Made by a program: the position numbers and the translations under genes. 64,000 nucleotides of DNA from an uncultured Actinomycetes bacterium. Its GTDB lineage: Bacteria > Actinomycetota > Thermoleophilia > Gaiellales > Gaiellaceae. How positions within the stretch are numbered: the stretch's first letter is position 1; every line of letters begins with the position of its first letter. The notes under the pieces were generated by a model, which was not told the origin of the DNA, did no database searches, and was given only the letters and a program-made list of their open reading frames with translations. This document shows positions 10,548-20,925 of this stretch, piece by piece. The stretch covers positions 32,510 through 96,509 of the forward strand of contig CAWCLL010000002.1 in NCBI GenBank assembly GCA_963796405.1. The letters are read 5' to 3'.

Positions 10548-11696
10548 ATGACGACGCATGACGACGACATCCTCGATTTCGACTTCTTCGGCGAGGACGA
10601 GCCGCCGTCGTGGGAGGAGCCGGCCGAGCAGCCTCCCGGGCCGCCGCGCGGGCGGCCGCCCCGTGGGCCCCGGCAGCGTCTCCGCCCGCCCGGGAACCTC
10701 ACCCCGCTCCTGCGGCTGGTCGCGCTCATCGCGCTCGCGATCCTCATCGTGGTGCTGCTCGCCGTCTGGGTCGAAGGCTGTGCCTCGGATCGCAAGCGGG
10801 AGTCCTACACCGACTACACGACCGAGATCGGCGAGGTCGGCAATGCATCGGCCCGCCTCGGACAGCAGCTCGCGACGACCCTGACCACTCCGGCGCTCAA
10901 GCTCGAGGATCTCGACGCGAAGCTCGGCGGCTACGTGCAGACCGCCGAAGCCCAGGTCGAGCGCGCGGAGGGCATCAACGCGCCCGGGGCGCTGCACCGG
11001 GCCCACGAAGGTTCGGTCGAGGCGCTGATCTTCCGCGCGAACGGCCTGCAGGGGCTGAAGGTCGCGTTCCAGGAGACGGCTTCCGTCACCGATGCCACCG
11101 CGGCCGGCCGTCAGCTGTCGACGCAGATGTCGAGGCTGCTGGCCAGCGACGTCATCTGGGCAGACTCCTTCAAGGCACGCGCCGAGTCGGTCGCCGAGTC
11201 GGAGGAGGTCGTGGGCCTCGAGGTGCCCGCCTCCGAGTTCGTCACCGCGGACGAGGTCACGACGCCGGAAGCACTGGCCGCGATCTGGCAGCGGATCCAG
11301 GGCGCATCCGACGGCGGGACGCCCACCGGGCTCCACGGAAGCGGGATCTCCTACGTGAAGGTGCTTCCGAGCGAGCAGCTCCTGTCCGCGGACACGGAGA
11401 CGACGATCCAGGTGACCGAAGACCTCGCGTTCGAGGTCGGCGTCGAGGACACGGGCGACAGCCAGGAGGTCCGGATCAAGGTCACGCTGACGATCCCGAA
11501 GCAGCCCGACCCGATCGTGAAGACCGAGACGATCCCGCTCATCGACCCGGGCGAGACGATCCCGGTCACGTTCCAGATCGGCGCCCTCGTGCCGTTCGGC
11601 GAGCAGATCTCGGTGAAGGTGGACGTCGATCCCGTCGCGGGGGAGACGAACGCGGCCAACAACACGGCCGAGTACCCGGTCATCTTCTCGCTTTGA
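10548..11696 (+). CDS. Membrane-anchored hypothetical protein with a CARDB-like C-terminal domain
   Basis: ATG at 10548 inside ORF 10461..11696. Single TM (LLRLVALIALAILIVVLLAV). The C-terminus VDVDPVAGETNAANNTAEYPVIF resembles CARDB folds. Confidence 0.5.
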   Translation: MTTHDDDILDFDFFGEDEPPSWEEPAEQPPGPPRGRPPRGPRQRLRPPGNLTPLLRLVALIALAILIVVLLAVWVEGCASDRKRESYTDYTTEIGEVGNASARLGQQLATTLTTPALKLEDLDAKLGGYVQTAEAQVERAEGINAPGALHRAHEGSVEALIFRANGLQGLKVAFQETASVTDATAAGRQLSTQMSRLLASDVIWADSFKARAESVAESEEVVGLEVPASEFVTADEVTTPEALAAIWQRIQGASDGGTPTGLHGSGISYVKVLPSEQLLSADTETTIQVTEDLAFEVGVEDTGDSQEVRIKVTLTIPKQPDPIVKTETIPLIDPGETIPVTFQIGALVPFGEQISVKVDVDPVAGETNAANNTAEYPVIFSL

Positions 11697-12166
11697 CGGC
11701 CTCTCTCGCGGTGGCTCTGGCGGCCTGCGCGGCGGCGCTGCTGGCCCTCGTCGGAGTCGTCGTCCTGGCGAGGCGGCTCTCCAAGATCGAGGCCGGCCAG
11801 AGGGTCGTCCTCGCGAGCGGGCACCGCGACCTCCTCGAGTTCGCGGTCGCGCTCCAGGGCCGGATCGACGACCTCCACCGGGTCGTGGACGAGGTCGCGA
11901 CGGGGCTCTCCCGCGTCGACCGCCGCGTGGACGGCGCCGTGACGAACGTCGCGGTCGTGCGCTACGACGCGTACGAGGGGACCGGCGGGCAGCAGTCGGC
12001 CTCGGTCGCGCTGCTCGACGCGACCCGCACGGGCACCGTCGTCTCCGCGATCCAGGGTCGCGACTACGCGCGGATCTACGTCAAGGATCTCGACCGCGGA
12101 CGGTCGTCGGTCGCGCTGTCGCCCGAGGAGCAGGAGGCGGTCGAGCGGGCTATGGTCGCTAGGTAA
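11693..12166 (+). CDS. DUF4446-like small membrane protein (start uncertain, TTG at 11693)
   Basis: Tail of ORF 10610..12166. N-terminal TM, then VVRYDAYEGTGGQQSASVALLD..GTVVSAIQGRDYARIYVK. Confidence 0.5.
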   Translation: MTASLAVALAACAAALLALVGVVVLARRLSKIEAGQRVVLASGHRDLLEFAVALQGRIDDLHRVVDEVATGLSRVDRRVDGAVTNVAVVRYDAYEGTGGQQSASVALLDATRTGTVVSAIQGRDYARIYVKDLDRGRSSVALSPEEQEAVERAMVAR

Positions 12167-12250
12167 GCCGAGGGCGAGGCAGGCCTCAGCCCTACGACCC
12201 GATCCGAGGTATCACCCTCAGGGGCTGGCTGAGCCCGCCCCGCCTGCCGG

Positions 12251-12772
12251 CTACGCGGCCGCTGCGGTTTTCTCGAGCCCCGGGAGGTACGTGCGCCAGA
12301 CGTCCGGGATGTGCTCCGCGGTCAGGCGGATGAAGAGGACCGGCGTCGGTGGGCGCGGAGTCGTCCGCAGCGTCATGCTGATCTCCTCCAGCAGGCGGTC
12401 GCCCTTGCGGTGGTTGCACGGCGCGCACGAGGCGACGACGTTCTCCCACACCGACGTTCCGCCGCGCGACCGCGGCACGACGTGGTCGAGCGTGAGCCGG
12501 TTCGAGCCCGACCCGCAGTAGGCGCACTGCCAGCCGTCTCTCGCGAAGAGGACGCGCCTGGAGATCCTCCGCGTCACGCCTCTCGGCACGCGGACGTACG
12601 TCTTCAGGCGGATCACGTTCGGTCGTGCGAAGTTGGTGGTCGCCGACCGCATCGGCCGGTCGTGGTGCTCGAGGATCTCCGCCTTGCCCTTCCACACGAG
12701 CACGTGCGCGCGGCGTAGCGAGCAGACGTTCAGAGGCTCGTAGCTTGCGTTCAGGACGAGTACCCGCTCCAC
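12251..12772 (-). CDS. HNH endonuclease
   Basis: 173-aa ORF with CAYCG...LTLDHVVPRSRGG...NVVASCAPCNHRKG. Confidence 0.8.
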   Translation of the reverse strand: MERVLVLNASYEPLNVCSLRRAHVLVWKGKAEILEHHDRPMRSATTNFARPNVIRLKTYVRVPRGVTRRISRRVLFARDGWQCAYCGSGSNRLTLDHVVPRSRGGTSVWENVVASCAPCNHRKGDRLLEEISMTLRTTPRPPTPVLFIRLTAEHIPDVWRTYLPGLEKTAAAA

Positions 12773-12832
12773 CGCGCGCGCAGCGTAGCAGCCGATTTCC
12801 CCTGCACGGGCGCACCGCGAGGCAGCCTCCTA

Positions 12833-12861
12833 CGCATAACTCGCAGACTTTCTGCATAATA
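12833..12861 (+). promoter_or_regulatory. Candidate ARG boxes and leaderless promoter of argC
   Basis: AT-rich island in a GC-rich background. Half-sites CGCATAA (12833-12839) and TGCATAA (12853-12859) are 20 bp apart. CATAAT (12855-12860) ends 7 nt before the argC ATG, and there is no SD sequence. Confidence 0.45.
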
Positions 12862-12867
12862 CGCCCC

Positions 12868-13860
12868 ATGGCCACAGCAGCAGTCGTCGGCGCCTCGGGC
12901 TATGCGGGGCAGGAGACTCTCGACCGGGTGCTCTCGCACTCCGGCCTCGAGCTGTACGCGCTCGGGTCGGACACGCTCGCGGGGCAGCCCGCGAACGCGC
13001 TCGACCCGCGTCTCGGCCGCAACGGCTGGAGCCGGATCCCGCGCTTCATCACGAACGACGCCGCTCTCGAGAGCGGTGCCGACGTCGTCTTCCTGTGCCT
13101 GTCGCACGAGCAGGCGGCGTCCGCCGAGGCGCCGCAGCGGAGCGTCGTCGTCGACCTCTCCGGCGCGCACCGCTTCGTCGACCCGGCGGTCTACGACGGC
13201 TGGTACGGCTTCCGGCATCCGAAGCCGGAGCAGCTCGGATCGTGGTCGTACGGGCTCCCCGAGGTGAGCCCGCCGGCGGGGCGCCTGGTCGCGAACCCGG
13301 GCTGCTACGCGACCGCCGCTCTGCTCGCACTGTGGCCGATCCGCGAGGAGATCGAGGCGCAGGGTGTCGTCGTGGACGCGAAGTCGGGGACGACGGGAGC
13401 GGGCCGGTCGCTGACCGCGAGCTCGCACGCCGGCACCGTGCTCGAGAACGTCTCGCCGTACCGCGTCGGCGCCCACCAGCACGCGCCCGAGATCGCCTCG
13501 CTCCTCGGCTTCCCGGTCGCGTTCGTCCCGCACCTGCTCCCGATCCGCCGAGGCCTGATCGCCACGTGCTACGTGCGCTCGACCGGCGCCGATCTGCGGG
13601 CGCTGCTCGAGGAGCACTACGCGGAGAGCCATGTCGTCTCGGTGCTGCCCGAGGGCGTCGTTCCCGAGCTCGGCCGGGTCCAGCAGACCGACGGCGCCGA
13701 GATCGGCATCTTCGAGGACCGGCTCACCGGCTCGACCGTGATCGTCTGTGCGATCGACAACCTCGGCAAGGGTGCTGCCGGCCAGGCGATCCAGAACGTC
13801 AACCTGCTCTTCGGCTTCGCCGAGACCGCCGGGCTGCGGCTTTCCGGGGTGCTCGTCTGA
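12868..13860 (+). CDS. argC: N-acetyl-gamma-glutamyl-phosphate reductase
   Basis: MATAAVVGASGYAGQE...NPGCYATAALL...AKSGTTGAG...NLGKGAAGQAIQN. Confidence 0.9.
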   Translation: MATAAVVGASGYAGQETLDRVLSHSGLELYALGSDTLAGQPANALDPRLGRNGWSRIPRFITNDAALESGADVVFLCLSHEQAASAEAPQRSVVVDLSGAHRFVDPAVYDGWYGFRHPKPEQLGSWSYGLPEVSPPAGRLVANPGCYATAALLALWPIREEIEAQGVVVDAKSGTTGAGRSLTASSHAGTVLENVSPYRVGAHQHAPEIASLLGFPVAFVPHLLPIRRGLIATCYVRSTGADLRALLEEHYAESHVVSVLPEGVVPELGRVQQTDGAEIGIFEDRLTGSTVIVCAIDNLGKGAAGQAIQNVNLLFGFAETAGLRLSGVLV

Positions 13861-15023
13861 TGTCCGTGACCGCGGCGCAGGGTTTTCACGCCAGCGGCGT
13901 CTCGGCCGGCATCCGCAAGTCCTCTCCCGATCTCGCGCTCGTCCGGTCGGTGCCCCGCGCGGTCGGCGGGGCGGTGTGGACGACGAACCGCGTCCAGGCG
14001 GCGCCGGTCGAGGTCTCGCGCCGCCACCTCGAGCTGGCCGAGCCGCAGGCCGTCGTGATCAACTCCGGTATCGCGAACGCGGCGACGGGCGCGGCCGGGA
14101 TCGTGGACGCGCAGCTGACGGCCGCCGAGGTCGCACGCCACCTCGGGCTCGTGCCCGAGGAGGTCGTGGTGCTCTCGACGGGCGTGATCGGCGTTCCGCT
14201 CCCGATGGAGAAGGTGCTCGCCGGGGTCGAAGACGCCGCCGGGGCGCTCGACGCGGGCGGCAGTGCGGCGGCCGCGCAGGCGATCCTGACGACCGACAAC
14301 GGGCCGAAGCAGGCCGTCACCGCTGCCGAAGGCTTCACCGTCGGAGGGATGGCGAAAGGCGCGGGGATGATCCATCCGCGCCTGGCGACGATGCTCGCGG
14401 TCGTGACCACGGACTACCCGCTCGAGCCGGGCGAGCCGGTCGAGCTCCTGCGGACAGCCGTCGACGCGAGCTTCAACCGGATCTCGGTGGACGGCGAGTG
14501 CTCGACGAACGACGCGGTCGTGCTGCTCGCGAACGGCGCGAGCGGAATCGCTCGCGATTCGGTTAGGGACAGCGAGTTCGCCGCTGCGCTGAACGACGTG
14601 TGCGCGAGCCTCGCCCGCCAGATCGTCGAGGACGGCGAGGGCGCGACCGTGCTCCTCGAGATCCGGGTCGCCAGCGCGTCCTCGGAAGAGGAAGCGCTGG
14701 CGGTCGCGCGCAGGATCGCGACGTCGCCGCTCGTCAAGACGGCGGCGTTCGGGCGCGACCCGAACTGGGGCCGCGTGCTCGCCGCCGCCGGCTCCGCACC
14801 GTGGAACGGCGGCTTCGCGCGCCTCGATCCCGAGCGGCTGAGCGTCGCCTTCGACGGGACGAAGGTCTTCGAGCAGGGCGCGCCCACCGGCGCCACACCT
14901 GCACTCGGAGGAGCAGCCGTGGCGATCGATCTCGACCTCGGGCTCGGCGACGGATCCGCCGCCTACCTCGCGTCCGACCTCACGTACGATTACGTGAAAC
15001 TGAACGCGGAGTACACGACGTGA
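13860..15023 (+). CDS. argJ: Bifunctional ornithine acetyltransferase / N-acetylglutamate synthase
   Basis: GFHASGVSAGIRK...MAKGAGMIHPRLATMLAVVTTD...DGECSTND...DLTYDYVKLNAEYTT. The ATG overlaps the argC stop. Confidence 0.9.
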   Translation: MSVTAAQGFHASGVSAGIRKSSPDLALVRSVPRAVGGAVWTTNRVQAAPVEVSRRHLELAEPQAVVINSGIANAATGAAGIVDAQLTAAEVARHLGLVPEEVVVLSTGVIGVPLPMEKVLAGVEDAAGALDAGGSAAAAQAILTTDNGPKQAVTAAEGFTVGGMAKGAGMIHPRLATMLAVVTTDYPLEPGEPVELLRTAVDASFNRISVDGECSTNDAVVLLANGASGIARDSVRDSEFAAALNDVCASLARQIVEDGEGATVLLEIRVASASSEEEALAVARRIATSPLVKTAAFGRDPNWGRVLAAAGSAPWNGGFARLDPERLSVAFDGTKVFEQGAPTGATPALGGAAVAIDLDLGLGDGSAAYLASDLTYDYVKLNAEYTT

Positions 15024-15688
15024 GCCGGATCGTCGTCAAGGTCGGCGGGCGGGTCGCGGAAGTGTCGGCAGTCCACGTTCTCGAGCACGTGCAGGCAGGC
15101 AACGAGGTCGTGGTCGTCCACGGCGCCGGACCTCAGATCAGTGCCGAGCTTGCCCGCAGGGGGATCCGTGCCGAGTTCGTGAACGGCCGCCGCGTTACGA
15201 GTCCAGCGGCCGCCGCCGTTGTGCGAGAGTCGCTGGTCGCCGTCGGGGCCGAGCTTGCCGCCGCACTCGGCCCCGCGGCGCTTCCCCTCGTCGGCGACGA
15301 GATCGGCCTGCGAGCCCGCCCGCTGCCGGAGCTCGGGCTCGTCGGCGAGCCGCTCCCGATCTCTCCGCCTGCAGTCGAGCGGGCGCTCAACGAGGGCCGG
15401 ATCCCGGTCGTCTCGCCGATCGCCGAAGGTCCGCTGAACGTGAACGCCGACGAGGCCGCGAGCGCGCTCGCGATCGGGCTCGGCGCGGAGCGCATCGTCT
15501 TCCTGACGGATGTGCCGGGCGTCTACGTCGAGGGGGCGCTCGCAGAGCGCATCGAGGCCGTCCACGCGGACCGGTTGCTCGCCGAGGGCGCGTTCGAGGG
15601 CGGGATCGTGCCGAAGCTGCTGGCCGGCGTGCGCGCCGCGAAGCTCGGCCTCCGTGTCGAGATCGGCGTGACCGAGGTTCTTGCGTGA
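15020..15688 (+). CDS. argB: Acetylglutamate kinase (short form, GTG start)
   Basis: VSRIVVKVGG...VVVHGAGPQI...NVNADEAASALA. The GTG at 15020 overlaps the argJ stop. Confidence 0.8.
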   Translation: MSRIVVKVGGRVAEVSAVHVLEHVQAGNEVVVVHGAGPQISAELARRGIRAEFVNGRRVTSPAAAAVVRESLVAVGAELAAALGPAALPLVGDEIGLRARPLPELGLVGEPLPISPPAVERALNEGRIPVVSPIAEGPLNVNADEAASALAIGLGAERIVFLTDVPGVYVEGALAERIEAVHADRLLAEGAFEGGIVPKLLAGVRAAKLGLRVEIGVTEVLA

Positions 15689-16824
15689 GCGTTCCCGCGT
15701 CCGGGTTGGAGCGGCTGCTCCCGACGTATGCACGGGCCGACCTCGAGCTCGTCCGCGGCGAGGGCACGCGTGTCTGGGACGCCGACGGCCGCGCGTACCT
15801 CGACTTCGGAGGCGGGATCGCGGTCGTCGGCCTCGGCCACTGCCACCCGGCGCCGCTCGCGGCCGCGAACGCGCAGCTCGAGCGCCTCTGGCACGCGTCG
15901 AACCTCTACCGGACCGAGCCTGCGGAGAGGCTCGCGTCGCTTCTCTCCGAGCGCTTCGGCGGTGCGCAGGCGTTCTTCTGCAACTCCGGCGCGGAGGCGA
16001 TCGAGGCCGCGCTCAAGTACGCGCGCAAGGCGACCGGGAAGCCGGGGATCGTGGCGCTCGAGGGGTCGTTCCACGGTCGCACGCTCGGCGCGCTCTCGGC
16101 GACCGGGCAGCCCGGAAAGCGCGCGGCGTTCGAGCCGCTCGTCCCCGGCGTGAGCTTCGTGCCGCCGAACGACGTCGACGCCTTGGAGGAGGCAGTCGGT
16201 GACGACACGGCGCTCGTCCTCCTCGAGCCGATCCTCGGCGAGGGCGGAGTCGTCCCGCTCGATTCCGGCTTCGTCGCGGCCGCAGCCGACCTCGACGTCC
16301 TCCTCTGCTTCGACGAGATCCAGACAGGCGTCGGGCGCACGGGGTCGTTCTTCGCACACGAGCAGCTCGGCGTGGGCCCGGACCTCGTGACGATGGCGAA
16401 GGCGCTCGCGAACGGGCTGCCGATCGGGGCGCTGCTCGTGGCGGACGAGTCGGCGGGCGCCTTCGTCCCCGGCGACCACGGCTCGACGTTCGGCGGCAAC
16501 CCCGTCGTGTGCGCGGCCGCCTGTGCCGTCGTGGACGCGATCGACGAGGAGCTGCTCGCGAACGTCGTCGAGCAGGGAACCGCGCTTGCCGCCGGCCTCC
16601 GGGAGCTTCCCGGAGTGCTCGAGGTGCGCGGTTGGGGCCTCCTGCTCGGCGCTGTCGTCGAAGGCCCGGCCGGGACGGTCGTGGACGCGTGCCGCGACCG
16701 CGGCCTGCTCGTGCTCAGCGCGGGCGACGACGTGGTCCGGCTCGCGCCGCCGCTCGTCGTCGACGCGGAGGACGTTGCGGAAGCGTTGGGAATCCTCGCG
16801 GACGTGCTTGGAGCGTCTGCATAA
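15685..16824 (+). CDS. argD: Acetylornithine aminotransferase
   Basis: 379-aa class-III aminotransferase (NSGAEAIEAALK, FDEIQTGVGRTG, TFGGNP) sitting in the arg cluster. Confidence 0.9.
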   Translation: MSVPASGLERLLPTYARADLELVRGEGTRVWDADGRAYLDFGGGIAVVGLGHCHPAPLAAANAQLERLWHASNLYRTEPAERLASLLSERFGGAQAFFCNSGAEAIEAALKYARKATGKPGIVALEGSFHGRTLGALSATGQPGKRAAFEPLVPGVSFVPPNDVDALEEAVGDDTALVLLEPILGEGGVVPLDSGFVAAAADLDVLLCFDEIQTGVGRTGSFFAHEQLGVGPDLVTMAKALANGLPIGALLVADESAGAFVPGDHGSTFGGNPVVCAAACAVVDAIDEELLANVVEQGTALAAGLRELPGVLEVRGWGLLLGAVVEGPAGTVVDACRDRGLLVLSAGDDVVRLAPPLVVDAEDVAEALGILADVLGASA

Positions 16825-16845
16825 AGTGCTAGTTTTCTGCATTCT
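16816..16845 (+). promoter_or_regulatory. Candidate ARG boxes upstream of argR
   Basis: TGCATAA (16818-16824) and TGCATTC (16838-16844) are 20 bp apart. This is the same motif and spacing as upstream of argC. Confidence 0.4.
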
Positions 16846-17310
16846 ATGAACCGCCGCGAACGACAGTCCGCCATCCTCGAGCTCGTCCGCGACCGGGCGC
16901 TCTCGACGCAGGCCGAGGTCGCCGCCGCGCTGAAGGAGGCCGGGTTCGACGTCGTGCAGACGACCGTCTCGCGCGACATCGCCGACCTCGGCCTCGTCAA
17001 GGTGCGCGCGCCGAGCGGACGCCTCGTCTACGCGCCGCCCGGGACGACCGACACCGACCGCCTGCGGGCGCTCGCCGCCGCGATGCGCCGGTACGCGATC
17101 GGCATGGAGGCGGCCGGCAGCATGGTCGTCCTCACGACGCCGTCGGGCTACGCGAACGCGCTCGCGCAGGCGATCGACGAGGCGGGCCACCCGGGGATCG
17201 CGGGGACGCTCGCAGGCGACAACACGATCCTCGTGGTCGCGCGCGACGGCACTCCGGCCGCCGTTCTGCGCGAGGAGCTGGCCGGGCACGTACTGGAAGG
17301 AGCCGCATGA
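16846..17310 (+). CDS. argR: Arginine repressor
   Basis: 154-aa ORF. RQSAILELV...TQAEV...GFDVVQTTVSRDI, and a C-terminal GTLAGDNTILVV oligomerisation domain. Confidence 0.9.
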   Translation: MNRRERQSAILELVRDRALSTQAEVAAALKEAGFDVVQTTVSRDIADLGLVKVRAPSGRLVYAPPGTTDTDRLRALAAAMRRYAIGMEAAGSMVVLTTPSGYANALAQAIDEAGHPGIAGTLAGDNTILVVARDGTPAAVLREELAGHVLEGAA

Positions 17311-18515
17311 GCAAGACCGCCGTCGTCGCCTACTCGGGAGGGCTCGACACGAGCTGCATCCTCGCGTGGCTCAAGGAGGACTGGTACGGGTTCGACGAGG
17401 TGCTCGCCGTCCTCGTCGACGTCGGACAGGAGTTCGACCTCGAGGAGTCGATCGTGCGCGCGAACGCCGCGGGCGCCGACGACGTGCTTCTCGTCGACCG
17501 CAAGGACGCGTTCGCGGACGAGCAGTGCGCCCGGGCGATCGTCACGAACGCGCTCTACGAGGGCAAGTACCCGCTCGTCTCCGCGCTCTCGCGACCGGTC
17601 ATCGCGCAGGCCGTCGCCGAGATCGCGCTCGAGTCGGGCGCCGAGGCGGTCGTCCACGGCTGCACGGGCAAGGGGAACGACCAGCTCCGCTTCGAGCTCG
17701 CCTTCAAGGCGCACTACCCGGGAGTCAAGGTCATCGCCCCGCTCCGCGATCGCATCTGGACGCGCGACGAGGAGATCGAGTACGCGCTCGGCAAGGGCAT
17801 CCCGATCACGCACACGGCGGCGTCGCCGTACTCGATCGACGAGAACCTCTTCGGCCGCGCGATCGAGGCCGGCGTGCTCGAGGACCCGTGGAACGCGCCG
17901 CCGGAGGAGCCGTACGCGCTCACCTCCGATCCCGCCTCCGCGCCCGCGCCCGAGGAGATCGTCGTCGGCTTCGAGCGGGGAATCCCGGTCTCGCTCGACG
18001 GCGAGGAGCTTCCGCTCGCGGAGCTGATCGCCCGCGCGAACCGGCTCGCCGGCGCGTACGGGATCGGGCGGCTCGACATGATCGAGAACCGCGCGGTCGG
18101 CATCAAGAGCCGCGAGGTGTACGAGGCCCCGGGCGCGATCGCGCTCATCGCCGCGCACTCCGCGCTCGAGGACGTCGTCCTCACGAAGGACGAGGCACGC
18201 CTGAAGCGGCCGCTCGAGCAGCGCTGGACCGAGCTCGTGTACGAGGGACGCTGGTTCAGCCCCGCGCGCGAGGCGATCGACGCGTTCGTCGACTCGACGC
18301 AGCAGCTCGTCACCGGCGACGTGCGGCTGGAGCTGCGGCCGAACGCCGCCGTCGTGACCGGGCGGCGCTCCCCGCACCTCCTCTACTCGACCGAGCTCGC
18401 CTCGTACGGGACCGGGGAGACCTTCCCGCACGACGCGGCCGAGGGCTTCATCAAGATCTCCTCGCTCGAGACCGAGCTGCACGCGGCTCGCGCACGCGCC
18501 AGAATCGAGGCGTGA
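17307..18515 (+). CDS. argG: Argininosuccinate synthase
   Basis: 402-aa ORF with AYSGGLDTS, ALSRP, GCTGKGNDQLRFE and ENRAVGIKSREVYE. Confidence 0.95.
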   Translation: MSKTAVVAYSGGLDTSCILAWLKEDWYGFDEVLAVLVDVGQEFDLEESIVRANAAGADDVLLVDRKDAFADEQCARAIVTNALYEGKYPLVSALSRPVIAQAVAEIALESGAEAVVHGCTGKGNDQLRFELAFKAHYPGVKVIAPLRDRIWTRDEEIEYALGKGIPITHTAASPYSIDENLFGRAIEAGVLEDPWNAPPEEPYALTSDPASAPAPEEIVVGFERGIPVSLDGEELPLAELIARANRLAGAYGIGRLDMIENRAVGIKSREVYEAPGAIALIAAHSALEDVVLTKDEARLKRPLEQRWTELVYEGRWFSPAREAIDAFVDSTQQLVTGDVRLELRPNAAVVTGRRSPHLLYSTELASYGTGETFPHDAAEGFIKISSLETELHAARARARIEA

Positions 18516-19332
18516 CCACCTGGAAGGGGCGGGTCGAGGGGGCTCTCGACCCGGACGTGTGGGAGTTCCTGCGCGCGGACGACGCGGAGCTCCTGCCGTA
18601 CGACTGCGAGGCCTCGCGCGAGCACGCGGAGCGGTTGCACGCTGCCGGGCTCCTGACGGCGGAGGAGCTCGACGAGGTCGAGGGCCGCCTGGCCGAGATC
18701 GCGCACGATCCGGACGGCTATCTCGAGTCGGACGAGGACGTGCACAGCGCGATCGAGCGGCTGCTCGGCGACGTCGGGCGGAAGATCCACGCCGGCCGCT
18801 CGCGGAACGACCAGGTCGTCGCGGCGCTCGGCTGTACGTGCTCGACGCGTGCGCCGAGGCGCGGGAGGGGATCGACGCGCTCGCGCTCGTCTGCCTCTCC
18901 TTCGCCGAGTCCGAGGCCGAGACGGTCATGCCCGGCTACACGCATCTCCAGCGCGCGCAGCCGGTGACGCTCGGCCACCACCTGCTCGCGTGGGTGGAGA
19001 TGCTCGACCGCGACCGGACCCGCTTCGCGCTCGCCGCCGAGGCCGCGTCCGCGAGCCCGCTCGGCGCCGGGGCGCTGGCCGGCTCGACGCTCGACCTCCC
19101 GCCGCCGGCCGGCCAGATGCGGAACTCGATCGACGCCGTGGCCGACCGCGACTTCGCGCTCGACTACCTCTACGCCGCGGCCGTCCTCTTCACGCATCTC
19201 TCCCGGATCGGCGAGGAGATCGCGCTCTGGGCGACCTCCGAGTTCGGCTTCGTGCGGCTGCCCGAGAGCGCGTCGACGGGCTCGTCGATGATGCCGCAGA
19301 AGCTGAACCCCGACGTCGCCGAGCTCGTGCGT
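18512..19332 (+). pseudogene. argH: Argininosuccinate lyase, 5' fragment (one frame break near 18830; homology ends at 19332)
   Basis: VTTWKGRVEG...GRSRNDQV in ORF 17366..18967. Then YVLDAC...GYTHLQRAQP...SSMMPQKLNPDVAELVR in ORF 18559..20106. Confidence 0.9.
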
Positions 19333-19931
19333 ATTTCGGGTGAGCGAAGCGGCCTTCCTGGCCGGCTTCCTGGCCGCGCGGATGGAGCAGCAGCGCCCCG
19401 GTCGCGATGCGGTCGGTGTCGTCGCCGGTTACCCCATTCCGGCCGTCCAGGACTTCGTGATCGGCTTCCGCGCCGGCGCGCGACGCGCGTCGCGACTGGT
19501 CCGAGTCTTCGCGACTATTCGTACGACTTCCTCGATGCCTCGCGGTGCGGGGCTATCGCCCGGCGTCAGATCGCAACGGGGCGGGAGTCCTCTTCAACGT
19601 GGCGGGTGCCTGCGGATTGGGGACCTCGACGCGGCCCGGGATCGGGGCGCCTGGGGGATCGGCGTCGACGCGGACCAGTCCTTCCTCGGGCCGCACATCC
19701 TGACGAGCGTCCTCAAGGACTTCGAAGCCGCCTTCGTCGCGTTGTTCCGCCGGCTGAAGGCCGGCCGTCTTCCTGCCGGCACACGGTGCTGACCCAGGTC
19801 AAGGAGCCGTCGGTCTCGGCAAGATCAGCCGCCGGGTTCCCGGGCCGCTTCGCGCCGAGCTCGAGCGACTCGAGCGCCGGATCGCCAGCGGCGCGATCCA
19901 TGTCCCCGGCGCATTTCCGGATCCGCGATGA
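19333..19931 (+). pseudogene. BMP-family (PnrA/Med-like) substrate-binding lipoprotein, copy A. It is 5'-truncated and starts mid-gene at the argH junction, and it is frame-broken.
   Basis: SEAAFLAGFLAARMEQQRPGRDAVGVVAG...WGIGVDADQSFLGPHILTSVLK in ORF 19340..19792 and neighbouring frames. Confidence 0.7.
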
Positions 19932-20925
19932 CATCACGGGCGATCCTCGTTCTCGGCACGGCTCTCACGCTCCTCGCGCTGACGACTGCGGCCGCTCCGG
20001 CTGCGTCCGAGCAATCGCGCCCCCGAGTGGTGCTCGTCACGGAGGTCGGCTGCGGAGAGGCGTTCGAGCGCATCGTTTGCGGCGGGTTCCAGCGCGCTCT
20101 GCGTAGCACCGGGCTCACGGGACGAATCGTCACGCCCGCTCCGCGTCAGGATCGTGTGGAGACCCTCGAGCTGATCGCGAGTCAGCGCTACGACCTCGTG
20201 ACCGTCTTCGGATACGGCTACTACCAAGTGCTCGGTGAGGCCGCCCGACGCCAACGCGCGGCACGCTTCGCGCTGATGGACGCACGCGCGGAAGCGTGGC
20301 CGGGGTCCCACGCAACGTGCAGGGCGTCATCTTTCGGACGAGCGAGGCCGCGTTCTGGCGGGCTGGCTCGCTCGCGGATGGCGGGCAGCGGCCGGGGAAG
20401 GACGTCGTCGGAGTCGTCGGCGGCCTCGAGCTTCGCTCGGTGCAGGACTTCGTGGTCGCTTTCGAGCCGGCGCGCGTCGCGCCGGTGCGCGGGTCCTGAT
20501 CGGCTACTCGCACGACTTCGACGACCCGACGAAGTGCGCGGCGGTTGCCCGACGCCAGATCGCACAGGGGGCCGGGGCGGTGTACAACGTCGCAGGCGCC
20601 TGTGGGCTCGGCACGCTAGCTGCCGCGCGGAAGGCGGGATCTGGGGAATCGGCGTGGACGCCGATCAGTCCTTTCTCGGCCCGCACATCCTTACGAGCGT
20701 GCTCAAGCACTACGACGCCGGGTTCGTATCGCTGCTACGGCGTGTGAAGACCGGACGCATCCGAACCGGCGGCGACACCGTCCTCACGCTTCGTGAGGGC
20801 GCGGTCGGGCTGGGCAAGATCAGCCGCCGGGTACCCGCGCCGCTTCGAGCGGAGCTCGAACGGCTCGAGCGCCGGATCGCGAGCGGCGCGTTGCGGGTCC
20901 CGGGCGCGTATCGCGATCCCGATGA
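19928..20925 (+). pseudogene. BMP-family lipoprotein, copy B (full-length footprint with signal peptide, several frame breaks)
   Basis: MTSRAILVLGTALTLLALTTAAAPA...; NVQGVIFRTSEAAF in ORF 20296..20499; IWGIGVDADQSFLGPHILTSVLKHYD...GLGKISRRVPAPLRAELERLE. Confidence 0.7.
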
